A stretch of DNA of 64,000 bases from NCBI GenBank assembly GCA_016201825.1, contig JACQCD010000002.1:2080-66079 (forward strand). Reading direction: 5' to 3'. The position numbers and the translations under genes were made by a program. The notes under the pieces are model-generated. The model was not told the DNA's origin. It saw only the letters and a program-made list of their open reading frames with translations, and ran no database searches. Of the stretch, positions 16,127 to 25,336 are shown piece by piece (the stretch's first letter is position 1; each line of letters opens with the position of its first letter). Origin of the DNA: Nitrospirota bacterium. GTDB lineage: Bacteria; Nitrospirota; Nitrospiria; 2-01-FULL-66-17.

Positions 16127-18634
16127 TTACCGCTTCAAGAGCCCTTTGAGCATGTCTCGCGGCGTCTTCCCGTTTTGCTGGGGCTGATCTAAGAACTCAC
16201 GCAGCGCGTCCTTCGCGCGCTCTCGCAACCGCTGGCCCGTTTCACCCGCAAGCGCGGACCGATCCAACGCCACCTCTGGCTTGGGCAGTCGTCCCGACAG
16301 CAGGATCGGGATCGAGAGTTGACCGTCGCTGCCGACCAACACCGAACCGATGGCGGTCTTGGCCCATCCGCCGGCCGATCGCTGGGGCACGCGCACCCGC
16401 GCCCGCACGTTGACCGACGTATCGAACCCGATCACGCCGCTCGCGGTCGCGCCGTAGGCGCCGGCCGACAGGCCCACGTCCTCCAGGTGAAGCGAGCCGT
16501 CGCGGATCTCGATCGCGGCCGCCAGACGCTGGAACGGCGTGTCGGGCCGCTCGGCGACCGGGCTCAGTCCCGGCGCGTCCGCCGCCTTCAGCACGTCCTG
16601 CACGATATTAAAGGTCCGGAACGCTCCGTCGGTGATCGCCACCTCCCCCTTCCCCGCAAGCGTCGGCGCAAGCTCTGCCCACGTCGACCCGGAGCCCGCG
16701 AGGGCCAGTCGGCCCTTGAGCCGCCCGGTCATGAATGCCTTCAGGGACGTCCACCGCGCAAGGACGTCGGCCGCATCCAGCTTGTCCACTCGGGCGTCCA
16801 GATCGAACGTCGGGGCCGCGGAGAACGGATCGAGGCGACCGGCCAGGAGGGCGGTCCCGCCGTGCACCCCCGCCGTGATCTCGTTCAGCACCAGCGCGCC
16901 CCGTTCAAGAAGCACGCTGCCGCTCACGTCGTGTAGCTCAGGCCACGAGGGGCCCATGACCCGTTTGGCGTTCAGGTTGAAGCGGATCGAGGCGGCGCGC
17001 AGCACGGGAGGAAGACCGAACGCCGAGGCGCCGGCCGATTCGGTCTCCGCAGTCGGTGCGACCGGATGGACTGGGGCCGCGCTTGGCAACGAACCGGCGG
17101 CGGGAGCGGCCGGTGGAGCGGCCGCGGTCAACGGCGGCGCCATCTCGGCCAGATCAAGTCGGGACGAAGACAGGGTGAGCGCTCCGGTGGGCGACGCGAG
17201 ACCGGCGAGCCCTCCCTGGACGGTGAGATCCGACTCCCCGACGCGCATCGCGAGCCGAGGAATCGTCACCCGATCCTGGGAGAGGGTGAGTGCGCCGGTC
17301 ACGTGTTCGACCGGACGCGCCCATTTCTGGAGCGCGACGCGGACATCGGTCAGCCTCACCATGGCGGTATATGTCGGTGACCGAGGCGGATCGAGCTTCC
17401 ACGAAGCTTCGAGATTCGCACGTCCTGCAACGCCGCCCTTCGTCAACGCCGGCACGAGCCGTTCCCACCCACCCACGTCCGCATCGCCGGTTGCCAGCGT
17501 CCCCTCCGCGCTGACGTGGTCACCCACTTCAACGTTCGCGGTCCCACGGGCTTCGACGGTGTGGAGGCGCAGCGTCACCGCGGAAAGCGCCACCCGCAAC
17601 GGTTCCCCCGGGCGGCGGCTCAGCGTGCCGGTCACGGCAGCCGAGAACGGGGTGTGTTCGGGTTTGAGAAACCAGGTCCCATACGTCACGCGTCCGGCAT
17701 CCAACTCGATCCGCCCGTCGACCGCGAACCGGCCCCCATCGGGGCGGATCGCCAACGCCAGCGCCCCCGGACCGGTTAACGCGAGATCCGGCGGGATCGT
17801 GGGAACGAACCGCTTTGCGATGGCGAGAATCTGGGCGAGGTCGAGCCGTTCAGACCGGACGGAGACGGCAAGGCTCCCCCCTTCCCTCTTCCCGGTGACC
17901 GCAAGCCGGCTGTCGCCCATCCCGATCTGGAGATCGAGCGCTTCCGGCCACAGCGTGTCACTCAACGGACCGGCCGTCCCCTTCAACGACAGCGGGAGAT
18001 CGCCCCCTTCGAAGCGCGTCTTGACGTCCACCGCAAGCGTCTTGCCGACCGCCAGATTCTCCAACAAGGCGTCGAGATGGTCGAATCCATACCGAGTGGG
18101 GGGGCCCGCACCCGAGCGATCCTCGTAGATGACCGATCCCTCGTCGATCACGAGATCGGCCAGCGAGAGCGCGGCCAACGCGGTGCCGGGGGCTGGAGCC
18201 ACTGGTTCCACGGTTCCGCTTGCCTCCGCCGAAACGTTGACGACTTCTGCGGGATTACGCACCAGTCGGAGTTGGGGACGGATCAGCGCGACCTGTCGGA
18301 CCTCCAAGCGTCCCCGGAACAGCGGAAAGAGTCGGACGCGGATGCGAACCGACTCGACGCGAAGCAGGGGCTCCCGGCCGACCGCAGGCTCGTCGTGGAT
18401 CACGAGCCCTTCGATGCGGGCGCCCAATCCGGTCAGCAGCGTCAACTCGATCTTCTCGACCTCGACCCGGCGGCCTATGGCCGATTCGACGACGGGTAGC
18501 CACCGGTCGCGGTATCGATTCAGATCGACGAAAAACGGGACCACGGCGAGAACACTCACCAGGACGACCACGACGATCGCAGCCCCTCCCAGCAGGCGCA
18601 CCCTCGACCACCGGGCTCGCGGCCGGCGGCTCAC
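16127..18634 (-). CDS. AsmA-family outer-membrane biogenesis protein
   Basis: 835 aa. An N-terminal anchor RLLGGAAIVVVVLVSVLAVVPFFVDLNRYRDRWLPVVESAIGRRVEVEKIELTLLTGLGARIEGLVIHD (AsmA N-terminal signature) is followed by a long beta-rich region. Confidence 0.55.
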   Translation of the reverse strand: MSRRPRARWSRVRLLGGAAIVVVVLVSVLAVVPFFVDLNRYRDRWLPVVESAIGRRVEVEKIELTLLTGLGARIEGLVIHDEPAVGREPLLRVESVRIRVRLFPLFRGRLEVRQVALIRPQLRLVRNPAEVVNVSAEASGTVEPVAPAPGTALAALSLADLVIDEGSVIYEDRSGAGPPTRYGFDHLDALLENLAVGKTLAVDVKTRFEGGDLPLSLKGTAGPLSDTLWPEALDLQIGMGDSRLAVTGKREGGSLAVSVRSERLDLAQILAIAKRFVPTIPPDLALTGPGALALAIRPDGGRFAVDGRIELDAGRVTYGTWFLKPEHTPFSAAVTGTLSRRPGEPLRVALSAVTLRLHTVEARGTANVEVGDHVSAEGTLATGDADVGGWERLVPALTKGGVAGRANLEASWKLDPPRSPTYTAMVRLTDVRVALQKWARPVEHVTGALTLSQDRVTIPRLAMRVGESDLTVQGGLAGLASPTGALTLSSSRLDLAEMAPPLTAAAPPAAPAAGSLPSAAPVHPVAPTAETESAGASAFGLPPVLRAASIRFNLNAKRVMGPSWPELHDVSGSVLLERGALVLNEITAGVHGGTALLAGRLDPFSAAPTFDLDARVDKLDAADVLARWTSLKAFMTGRLKGRLALAGSGSTWAELAPTLAGKGEVAITDGAFRTFNIVQDVLKAADAPGLSPVAERPDTPFQRLAAAIEIRDGSLHLEDVGLSAGAYGATASGVIGFDTSVNVRARVRVPQRSAGGWAKTAIGSVLVGSDGQLSIPILLSGRLPKPEVALDRSALAGETGQRLRERAKDALREFLDQPQQNGKTPRDMLKGLLKR

Positions 18635-18685
18635 CTGATCCCGGAAGCTATGGGAGGCGGTGGTGTTGGGTGGGAAACCACTCGG

Positions 18686-19192
18686 TCACTCGGGGGCGAC
18701 ACGGTCCAGCCCCGCCCGGGCTTCGACGTTGTTGGGATCGACTCCGAGGACGTCGCGGTACGCGGCGCGCGCGCGGGTGCGATCCCCCACGCCTTCGTAG
18801 GCCTGCCCCCGCAAGAGCGCGATCCGCCAGAGCCATTCGGGGTCGTCCCCAACCAACCGGGCCACTCGGTCCCCATACACCAACGCTCCGCGATAGTCGG
18901 CCTGGCGGAGCTTCGCCTCGCCGAGCGCGAGGTTCGCGTGGGGACTCGACGGCGCCAGCGCAAGGGCCTTCTGGAACGTGGCGATCGCCGCGCCGGTTTG
19001 GCCGAGCGCGAGCTGCTGTTTTCCGTCCTCCACGAGATGGTACGCGGCAACCACCTGCGGGCTCGCGGCTGCCGCGAGCGGAATCGGTTGGTCCGCGGTC
19101 GAGAGAGGCTTGACGGCACACCCCCAGAGCGCGACCCACACAACGGCCGCCGTGATGGAGCGGACCGCGATACGCCGCGAGCCGGCGGTCAT
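18686..19192 (-). CDS. TPR-repeat lipoprotein
   Basis: From the internal ATG (residue 97), which overlaps the PBP stop (ATGA): MTAGSRRIAVRSITAAVVWVALWGC (lipobox), then TPR-like helices (ALGQTGAAIATFQKALALAPSSPHANLALGEAKLRQADYRGAL...). Confidence 0.55.
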   Translation of the reverse strand: MTAGSRRIAVRSITAAVVWVALWGCAVKPLSTADQPIPLAAAASPQVVAAYHLVEDGKQQLALGQTGAAIATFQKALALAPSSPHANLALGEAKLRQADYRGALVYGDRVARLVGDDPEWLWRIALLRGQAYEGVGDRTRARAAYRDVLGVDPNNVEARAGLDRVAPE

Positions 19193-21540
19193 CCCAGCAC
19201 CCGGCGCAACCACCACAAGAACCGCGGTCCGCCGTGGTCGCCGCACCACCCCGTTGGTTCGGTCCCCGCTAGAAACGCCTCGGTGATGGCATCGGGGCAC
19301 TGGCGGTTGCTCAGCAGACCGCTCGCGGGGTCCACTTGGCGGAGGACGATCCCGGGCGGCGGCGTGAAATCGGTCGGGGGCTCTCCCTCGGTCACGCGTC
19401 GCATGACATCCGTCCAGATCGGCAGCGCCGCTTGGGCACCCGTCAACTGGAGCGGCCGGTTGTGATCGAAGCCGACCCACACCAGAGCCAGGGTGTCCGG
19501 CGTATAGCCGACGAACCAGGCGTCCCGGAAGTCACTGGTGGTCCCCGTCTTGCCGGCCACCGGCCGGTCGAACCCCAGCGCCCTCACCCCCCGCCCGGTC
19601 CCCCGCTCCACGACGCCCTGCAACAGCGAGGTGATCAGGTACGCCTCTTCCGGAGAGACGACCTGTTCGACCGCAATCTCCTTACGGCTGAGGACCCGGC
19701 CATCCTGATCCATCACGGCCTTGATCACCAAGGGTTCGGTCTTGGTGCCGAAATTGGCCACCGCGGCGTACGCCCCGGCCAATTCCAACGGGATGACTTC
19801 CGAGGTGCCCAAGACTAACGACGGAACCGCTTGCAGCGGCGTCGTGATGCCCAGCGCCCTTGCGGTTGCGATCACCCGCTCGACGCCGATGTCTTGGGCG
19901 ACTCCGACGGCGGCCGCGTTGAATGAGTATTCCAAGGCGGTCCGCAGCGTGACCGGACCGTGGTACAGTTTGTCGTAATTTTGCGGCGTCCACGACCGCC
20001 CGTTGGTCACGACCGTCAATGGAGCATCTTGCACCACACTCACCGGCGTGTAGCGCGGCGACCCTGTTTCCCCATCCCTTCGCAACGCCGCAAGATACGC
20101 GAGGGGCTTGAACAGCGAGCCGGGTTGCCGGTGCGCCTGGGTCATCCGATTGAACTGGGTTTCCGCGTAATCCCGACCACCGATCAACGCCCTGATGTAG
20201 CCGGTCTGCGGCTGTATGACGATCACGCCACCCTCGAGCGGGTCATCACCTTTCGGGATACGCCGTTCGATCGCCGCAATCCCGGCGCGCAACGCCTCCT
20301 CGGTGTTGCGTTGCGCCTCGACATCAAGACTGGTGAAGACCCTCAGCCCCTCCGAGGTCAGGACGTCGCGGGAATAGAGGCGCTCCAGTTGCTCGCGGAC
20401 GACGTCCACAAAATAAGGCGCCCGGACGGCGGCTCGCGCTTTCGGGCGGGTCGGCACCGGCTCCGCCAAGGCCTCGCGCGCCTCATCGGCATCGATTTTC
20501 TTTAACGCGAGCATCCGGTGGATCACGCGATCTCGCGCGGTGCGCGCTCGGTCGGGGTTGATCTGCGGGTTGTACGCGCGGGGGGATCGTATCATGCCGG
20601 CGAGCAGGGCCGCTTCGGGCAAGGTGAGGCGCTCGACATCCTTGCCGAAGTACAGCCGCGAGGCCTCTCCGACGCCGTACACGCCCATCTCGCCGCGCTG
20701 ACCGAGGTAGATCTCGTTGAGGTAGGCCTCCAAGATCGCACGCTTGTCGTATCGCGCTTCTAAGATAACGGCCATGATCGCTTCGGTGATCTTGCGATAG
20801 AGGGTCCGCTCCTGGGTCAAGTAGAAATTCTTCACGAGCTGCTGCGTCAACGTGCTCCCGCCCTGGGTGAACTCGCCCTCCTTCAGGTCGGTCCAGATCG
20901 CTCGGGCGATCGAGCGTGGATCGATCCCCCAGTGCTCGTAAAACCGCGCGTCTTCGACGGCGAGAATGGCGTCGGTCAGCACGGGCGGCACGTCGCCCAA
21001 GCGGACCAATCGACGCCCCTCCCAACTCTCGTCGAAGAGGCCCGCGATCACTTCCGGTTCGAGATCAACGCTGGTCAGCGGGGCGTTATCGGGCAGGCGA
21101 ATCAACCGCACCACACGCCGGTCCCGAAGGTCTGCTGCCACGGGAAAACCTTCGACGGCGTGGTCCGGGTAGACAAAGTCCTGAAGGTAGAGTTCCAAGC
21201 GGTCGTCGTTCCATCGAAACTCGCCGGGCCGCCTGGGTGCGGCCGTCACGGGGCCATACCCCAGGCGAAGGAGCCGATCGTGGATGTGATGGGCCGACAC
21301 ATCCATACCGGGATAGATCGTTACGGGTTCGGCGTACACGGTGGATGGGACTTTCCAGTGGGGCCCCTCAAAGCGCGACGTGACCGTCACGTACAGGGAG
21401 CCCAGGTACCCCGCCACCAGAGCGAGCGCGGCGGCACCCCACCAGATCCTGCGAACGCGGCGGCGCCTGCGCGGCTTGCGCGAACCCGCCAGACTCCTCA
21501 TCCAGGCATCATCGCCCCAGCCGGCCGACCGCCTGCCCAC
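19189..21540 (-). CDS. Class A penicillin-binding protein (bifunctional glycosyltransferase/transpeptidase, PBP1A/1B type)
   Basis: A TM anchor RRIWWGAAALALVAGYLG. The GT51 motifs are EDARFYEHWGIDP, GGSTLTQQLVKN and RKITEAIMAVILEARYDKRAILEAYLN. The transpeptidase carries the SLFKP (SxxK) motif. Confidence 0.8.
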   Translation of the reverse strand: MGRRSAGWGDDAWMRSLAGSRKPRRRRRVRRIWWGAAALALVAGYLGSLYVTVTSRFEGPHWKVPSTVYAEPVTIYPGMDVSAHHIHDRLLRLGYGPVTAAPRRPGEFRWNDDRLELYLQDFVYPDHAVEGFPVAADLRDRRVVRLIRLPDNAPLTSVDLEPEVIAGLFDESWEGRRLVRLGDVPPVLTDAILAVEDARFYEHWGIDPRSIARAIWTDLKEGEFTQGGSTLTQQLVKNFYLTQERTLYRKITEAIMAVILEARYDKRAILEAYLNEIYLGQRGEMGVYGVGEASRLYFGKDVERLTLPEAALLAGMIRSPRAYNPQINPDRARTARDRVIHRMLALKKIDADEAREALAEPVPTRPKARAAVRAPYFVDVVREQLERLYSRDVLTSEGLRVFTSLDVEAQRNTEEALRAGIAAIERRIPKGDDPLEGGVIVIQPQTGYIRALIGGRDYAETQFNRMTQAHRQPGSLFKPLAYLAALRRDGETGSPRYTPVSVVQDAPLTVVTNGRSWTPQNYDKLYHGPVTLRTALEYSFNAAAVGVAQDIGVERVIATARALGITTPLQAVPSLVLGTSEVIPLELAGAYAAVANFGTKTEPLVIKAVMDQDGRVLSRKEIAVEQVVSPEEAYLITSLLQGVVERGTGRGVRALGFDRPVAGKTGTTSDFRDAWFVGYTPDTLALVWVGFDHNRPLQLTGAQAALPIWTDVMRRVTEGEPPTDFTPPPGIVLRQVDPASGLLSNRQCPDAITEAFLAGTEPTGWCGDHGGPRFLWWLRRVLG

Positions 21541-21606
21541 GCTGCATCACCCAACACGAAAATCGTGGTTGTCTTGACGTATGATTCATACGGATGCGAT
21601 CATACC

Positions 21607-22884
21607 ATGAATTCCGAGGCCCAAGCGCCGATGTTCCCATCTCCACATGCCCCTGCGCAACCCGCGTTGTCCGAACAACCGTTCGGCGTGTACATCCACA
21701 TCCCCTTCTGCGTCAGCAAATGTTCGTATTGTGCGTTTAGCTCCCTGAGTGGCGCGCACCATCTTATGCCAAGTTACCTGGACGGCGTCCACCGCGAGAT
21801 CGACGCCTACGCCCGGAGGGAGTTGTTCGCCGGTCGGACGGCATCGACCCTTTTCTTCGGAGGGGGTACTCCCTCGCTGGCCCCTCCTGGTGCGATCAGC
21901 GCCTTGATCGCACACTGCCGCCGGGTATTTTCGCTCACCTCCGATGCGGAGATCACGCTGGAGGCAAATCCCGAAACGGTGTCCTACGATCGGTTGCGGG
22001 CCTTCATCGACGGCGGCATCACCCGGATCAGCCTGGGCGTCCAATCGCTCGACCCTCACGAGTTGGTCAGCCTGCACCGGGCGCACACGGCCGACCGGGC
22101 GGTGCGTGTCTTTGAACAGGCCAGACGGGCCGGATGCGCCAACCTCAACGTGGACCTCATCTACGGCATACCGGGCCAATCCGCCGAAACCTGGAACGAC
22201 ACCGTCGCCGCAGCCCTGGCTCTCAACCCTAACCATCTCTCCGCATACGCGTTGACTCCCGAAACCGGGACGCCGTTTGGAACCGCCATCGAGGATGGTC
22301 GCACCTCGCTTCCGCAGGATGAAGACATCGAAATTCTAGAGAAGATCCTGCATGACGCGCTTCGGGCCGGTGGGTTTGGCCGGTATGAAATTTCGAACTA
22401 CGCTCGGCTCGGCGCAGCCCACCGGATGCCGGAACCTGACGATGCTCGTTTCGTTCCGCCGGTTCGTCCCGATTTCGCGTGTCGGCATAACGTCCTGTAT
22501 TGGTCGTGCGATGATTGGCTCGGCGTGGGGGCCAGCGCCCATTCGCACCTGGACGGCCACCGCTGGTGGAATCACTTCGACCCACTCGACTATCTCAAGG
22601 CGGGCCAGTCGGAAGCCTGGGCCGCTGGCCAGGACTCCCTTGATCCGCCGCGCCGACTGGCAGAGGCATTGGCTTTCGGCGTCCGCATGATCGAGGGAGT
22701 CGACGGTGAGAAATGGCACGCTCGGCTCGGGCTCGATCTCTGGGAACGGTACGGCCCAACCATCGAACGGTTGATCGCGATGGGACTGATCGAGGCGCGG
22801 CGACCGGTTCTTCGCCTGACGACACAGGGGCTTGCCCTTGCGGACACGGTGGGGGCAGCGTTCTTCGAGGATCTGGACTCTTAA
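21607..22884 (+). CDS. hemW: Radical SAM heme chaperone HemW (HemN-like)
   Basis: From the internal ATG at 21607: VYIHIPFCVSKCSYCAFSS (CxxxCxxC), FFGGGTPS and the HemN C-terminal domain. Upstream of 21607 the track ORF is an extension opposite the PBP gene. Confidence 0.7.
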   Translation: MNSEAQAPMFPSPHAPAQPALSEQPFGVYIHIPFCVSKCSYCAFSSLSGAHHLMPSYLDGVHREIDAYARRELFAGRTASTLFFGGGTPSLAPPGAISALIAHCRRVFSLTSDAEITLEANPETVSYDRLRAFIDGGITRISLGVQSLDPHELVSLHRAHTADRAVRVFEQARRAGCANLNVDLIYGIPGQSAETWNDTVAAALALNPNHLSAYALTPETGTPFGTAIEDGRTSLPQDEDIEILEKILHDALRAGGFGRYEISNYARLGAAHRMPEPDDARFVPPVRPDFACRHNVLYWSCDDWLGVGASAHSHLDGHRWWNHFDPLDYLKAGQSEAWAAGQDSLDPPRRLAEALAFGVRMIEGVDGEKWHARLGLDLWERYGPTIERLIAMGLIEARRPVLRLTTQGLALADTVGAAFFEDLDS

Positions 22885-22958
22885 AAAGCCGGCGCCCCGC
22901 GGAGGACAGAAGAACTCAGCGGGGCGCCTGATGTTTTATAGACGGAGAGTCGGACGCG

Positions 22959-23159
22959 TTAGGCCTTCACCACGTTTGCCGCTTGAGGCCCTTTCGCTCC
23001 CTTGATGACGTCGAACTCGACTTCCTGGCCTTCGTCGAGGGTCTTAAACCCGTCGCCCTGAATTGCCGAGAAGTGAACAAACACGTCACTGCCATCGTCC
23101 TGGGAGATAAACCCATAACCCTTGCTCGCGTTGAACCATTTCACCTTTCCTCGTGCCAC
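22959..23159 (-). CDS. Cold-shock protein (CspA family)
   Basis: A GTG start preceded by AAGGAGG: (M)[65 protein letters not shown]1/RNP2 motifs are present. Confidence 0.85.
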   Translation of the reverse strand: MARGKVKWFNASKGYGFISQDDGSDVFVHFSAIQGDGFKTLDEGQEVEFDVIKGAKGPQAANVVKA

Positions 23160-23466
23160 TGCGCGTACCCTCCTTTCGGAACAAACTCCGTACTGAAAGT
23201 AACCCTCTGACAATCAACTGATGACCTCAAGAGAGGCATTGTTGCTTATAGCAAATGGCTATAAGGCTGTCAAGCACTTTTCACTTTTTGGGGAATTTTG
23301 ATGAGCACCAAATGGTTGATGTTCCTTGTCTCGCTCCCAGCGGGTCGGCTTCATCCATCTTTAGGACAAAAAGTCCTCAAGAACCCCGGTCTTCCATGGT
23401 CTTTGAGGCCAGCGGTCCGCAAAAATGGGCAAGAACTTACCACAACCGAATGGCAAATCGAGCGCC

Positions 23467-24018
23467 CTACAACCGAGGGAGCGTGATGCCTGTCTGAGCC
23501 TGGTATTTCCCGCGACGATCAGCATACGACGTTTCACACGCTTCGTCGCTTTCAAAAAAGAGAACCTGAGCGATGCCCTCGAACGCATAGATCTTCGCTG
23601 GTAGCGGGGTGGTGTTGGAAATTTCCAGGGTCACGTGGCCTTCCCACTCCGGCTCAAAGGGGGTGACGTTGGTGATAATGCCACAGCGCGCGTACGTCGA
23701 TTTCCCGACGCACACCGTAATCACGTTTCGCGGGATCTTAAAATACTCGACGCTGCGGCCCAGCGCGAACGAGTTCGGCGGAATGATACAGACATCCCCC
23801 TTAAAATCGACGAATGACTTGACGTCAAAGTCCTTCGGATCGACCGTGGTATGGTTGATGTTCGTGAAAATCTTGAAGTCGTTCGAAATCCTCAGGTCAT
23901 ACCCGTACGACGACAACCCATAGGAAATCGTCCCCTCCCGCACTTGCTTTTCTTCAAAGGGGGTGATCATCCCGGTTTCCTTGGCCATCTTTCTGATCCA
24001 GCGATCGTTCTTGACCAT
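23467..24018 (-). CDS. dcd: dCTP deaminase
   Basis: 183 aa ...[28 protein letters not shown]...[29 protein letters not shown], a canonical Dcd. Confidence 0.85.
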   Translation of the reverse strand: MVKNDRWIRKMAKETGMITPFEEKQVREGTISYGLSSYGYDLRISNDFKIFTNINHTTVDPKDFDVKSFVDFKGDVCIIPPNSFALGRSVEYFKIPRNVITVCVGKSTYARCGIITNVTPFEPEWEGHVTLEISNTTPLPAKIYAFEGIAQVLFFESDEACETSYADRRGKYQAQTGITLPRL

Positions 24019-24167
24019 ACCTGTCTCCCCTCAACAAAGTTGATGGAACCAACCACGCGACAAAGTGACCTGCCCTCTCTTTGAACCCATTCGATGATTG
24101 AAACTCCCCGCAGTACGCTGCGGGGAATGCGGTTTGTGCATCGCGAAGCAATGCGGCCGATGCCCCT

Positions 24168-25325
24168 TTATCGCGGTAACCGCTGCACCGGGATCGGCCG
24201 CCCAGAATCTTCCGTCGGTGCCGCCCCCCCGCAAGGAGCATAGCTACCTTGTCCGCTCGGCGCTTGCTGGACCTGGGGGTAGCGGTAGACCTGATCCTCG
24301 TAGTTCTTCAGGATCACCTCGCGGGAATTCATCTCCAGGACAAACTCGGGAGGCACCACCGTGATCTTGCCTCCTCCTCCCGGGGCATCGATCACGTAGC
24401 GGGGAATGGCCATCCCGGAGGTGTGCCCGTGCAGCGCGCGCAGAATATTCAAGCCGGTCTCGACCGGGGTCCGAAACTGCTGAGTCCCCGTCACCAAATC
24501 GGCCTGGTAGAGGTAGTACGGTTTTACCCGAATTCGGAGTAATTTCTGCATCAGTTGTTTCATGGTGTCGGGGTCATCGTTCACCCCCTTGAGCAGCACC
24601 GTCTGGCTCCCCAAGGGGATGCCGACGTCCGCTAAACGGCCACAGGCTTCGGCCACCTCCACCGTGATCTCGTTCGGGTGATTAAAATGCAGGTTCATGT
24701 ACAGGGGGTGATATTTCTTGAGCATCGCGCACAGTTCGGGCGTTATTCGGGACGGGAGGGTACCCGGCACGCGCGATCCGATCCGGATGATCTCGAGGTG
24801 GGGAATCGACCGCAGGGTCGAGAGGATCCGTTCGAGCAGGGGGTCCACGAGCAGGAGCGGGTCTCCCCCTGAGAAGATGATGTCACGGATCTCGGCGTGG
24901 GAGCGGATATACTCCGCCACCGCGTCGATCGCCTCGGGCGTAATGGTGCCCCCCGGCGAACCGACGAACCGCTTCCGCGTGCAAAATCGGCAGTAGATCG
25001 GACACTGGTTGGTCACAAAGAGCAGGACCCGGTCGGGATACCGGTGGACGAGGTGGGGCACCACCATATCGCCCTCCTCGTTCAATGGATCGTCCTGCAT
25101 GTCATCCGAGATATCCATTTCCTCGGTGGTGGGAACAACCTGAAGCCAGATAGGATCGTCCTTGTATCGGATCGTCTTGAGTACATGGGGCGTGATCCGC
25201 ATCGGATACCGCGCAATCACGTCGCGCACGCGCTCGGCTTCATCCGGAGAAAGTCCCACACGTCTGACGAGGTCCTCGACGGCCTCCAGGCTGTCCCGGA
25301 GGTCATATTTCCATTGGTCGTTCAC
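24168..25325 (-). CDS. kamA: Lysine 2,3-aminomutase (KamA-family radical SAM/PLP enzyme)
   Basis: The start is reassigned to the GTG 4 nt after GGGGAGGA, just past the upstream gene's TAA. The sequence shows VTNQCPIYCRFCTRKRF (CxxxCxxC), IIFSGGDPLLL, RIGSRVPGTLPSRITPEL, KKYHPLYMNLHFNHPNEIT and YVIDAPGGGGK. It is collinear with Clostridium KamA. Confidence 0.75.
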   Translation of the reverse strand: MNDQWKYDLRDSLEAVEDLVRRVGLSPDEAERVRDVIARYPMRITPHVLKTIRYKDDPIWLQVVPTTEEMDISDDMQDDPLNEEGDMVVPHLVHRYPDRVLLFVTNQCPIYCRFCTRKRFVGSPGGTITPEAIDAVAEYIRSHAEIRDIIFSGGDPLLLVDPLLERILSTLRSIPHLEIIRIGSRVPGTLPSRITPELCAMLKKYHPLYMNLHFNHPNEITVEVAEACGRLADVGIPLGSQTVLLKGVNDDPDTMKQLMQKLLRIRVKPYYLYQADLVTGTQQFRTPVETGLNILRALHGHTSGMAIPRYVIDAPGGGGKITVVPPEFVLEMNSREVILKNYEDQVYRYPQVQQAPSGQGSYAPCGGAAPTEDSGRPIPVQRLPR

Positions 25326-25336
25326 GCGTCCTCCCC

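Noticed and set aside
16539-18128. 529-aa plus-strand ORF opposite the AsmA-family gene. Similar long antisense ORFs occur at 7732-8874 opposite serS, 11588-12691 opposite GH57, 54714-55835 opposite the giant gene, 4959-5516 and 5855-6730 opposite the FGE-like genes, and 27266-27880 opposite topA.
   Set aside because: Ser/Arg/Pro/Ala-rich low-complexity translations typical of GC-shadow frames. Each fully overlaps a gene with clear homology on the other strand.
20932-21606. 225-codon N-terminal extension of the hemW ORF.
   Set aside because: It lies antisense to the PBP gene and has no RBS or homology. hemW starts at the ATG at 21607 with the CxxxCxxC motif 30 residues in.
23255-23497. Plus-strand ORFs 23255..23497 and 23298..23486 in the csp-dcd spacer.
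   Set aside because: They lie antisense in a 5'-UTR region, have no homology, and overlap the dcd 3' end. They are spurious.
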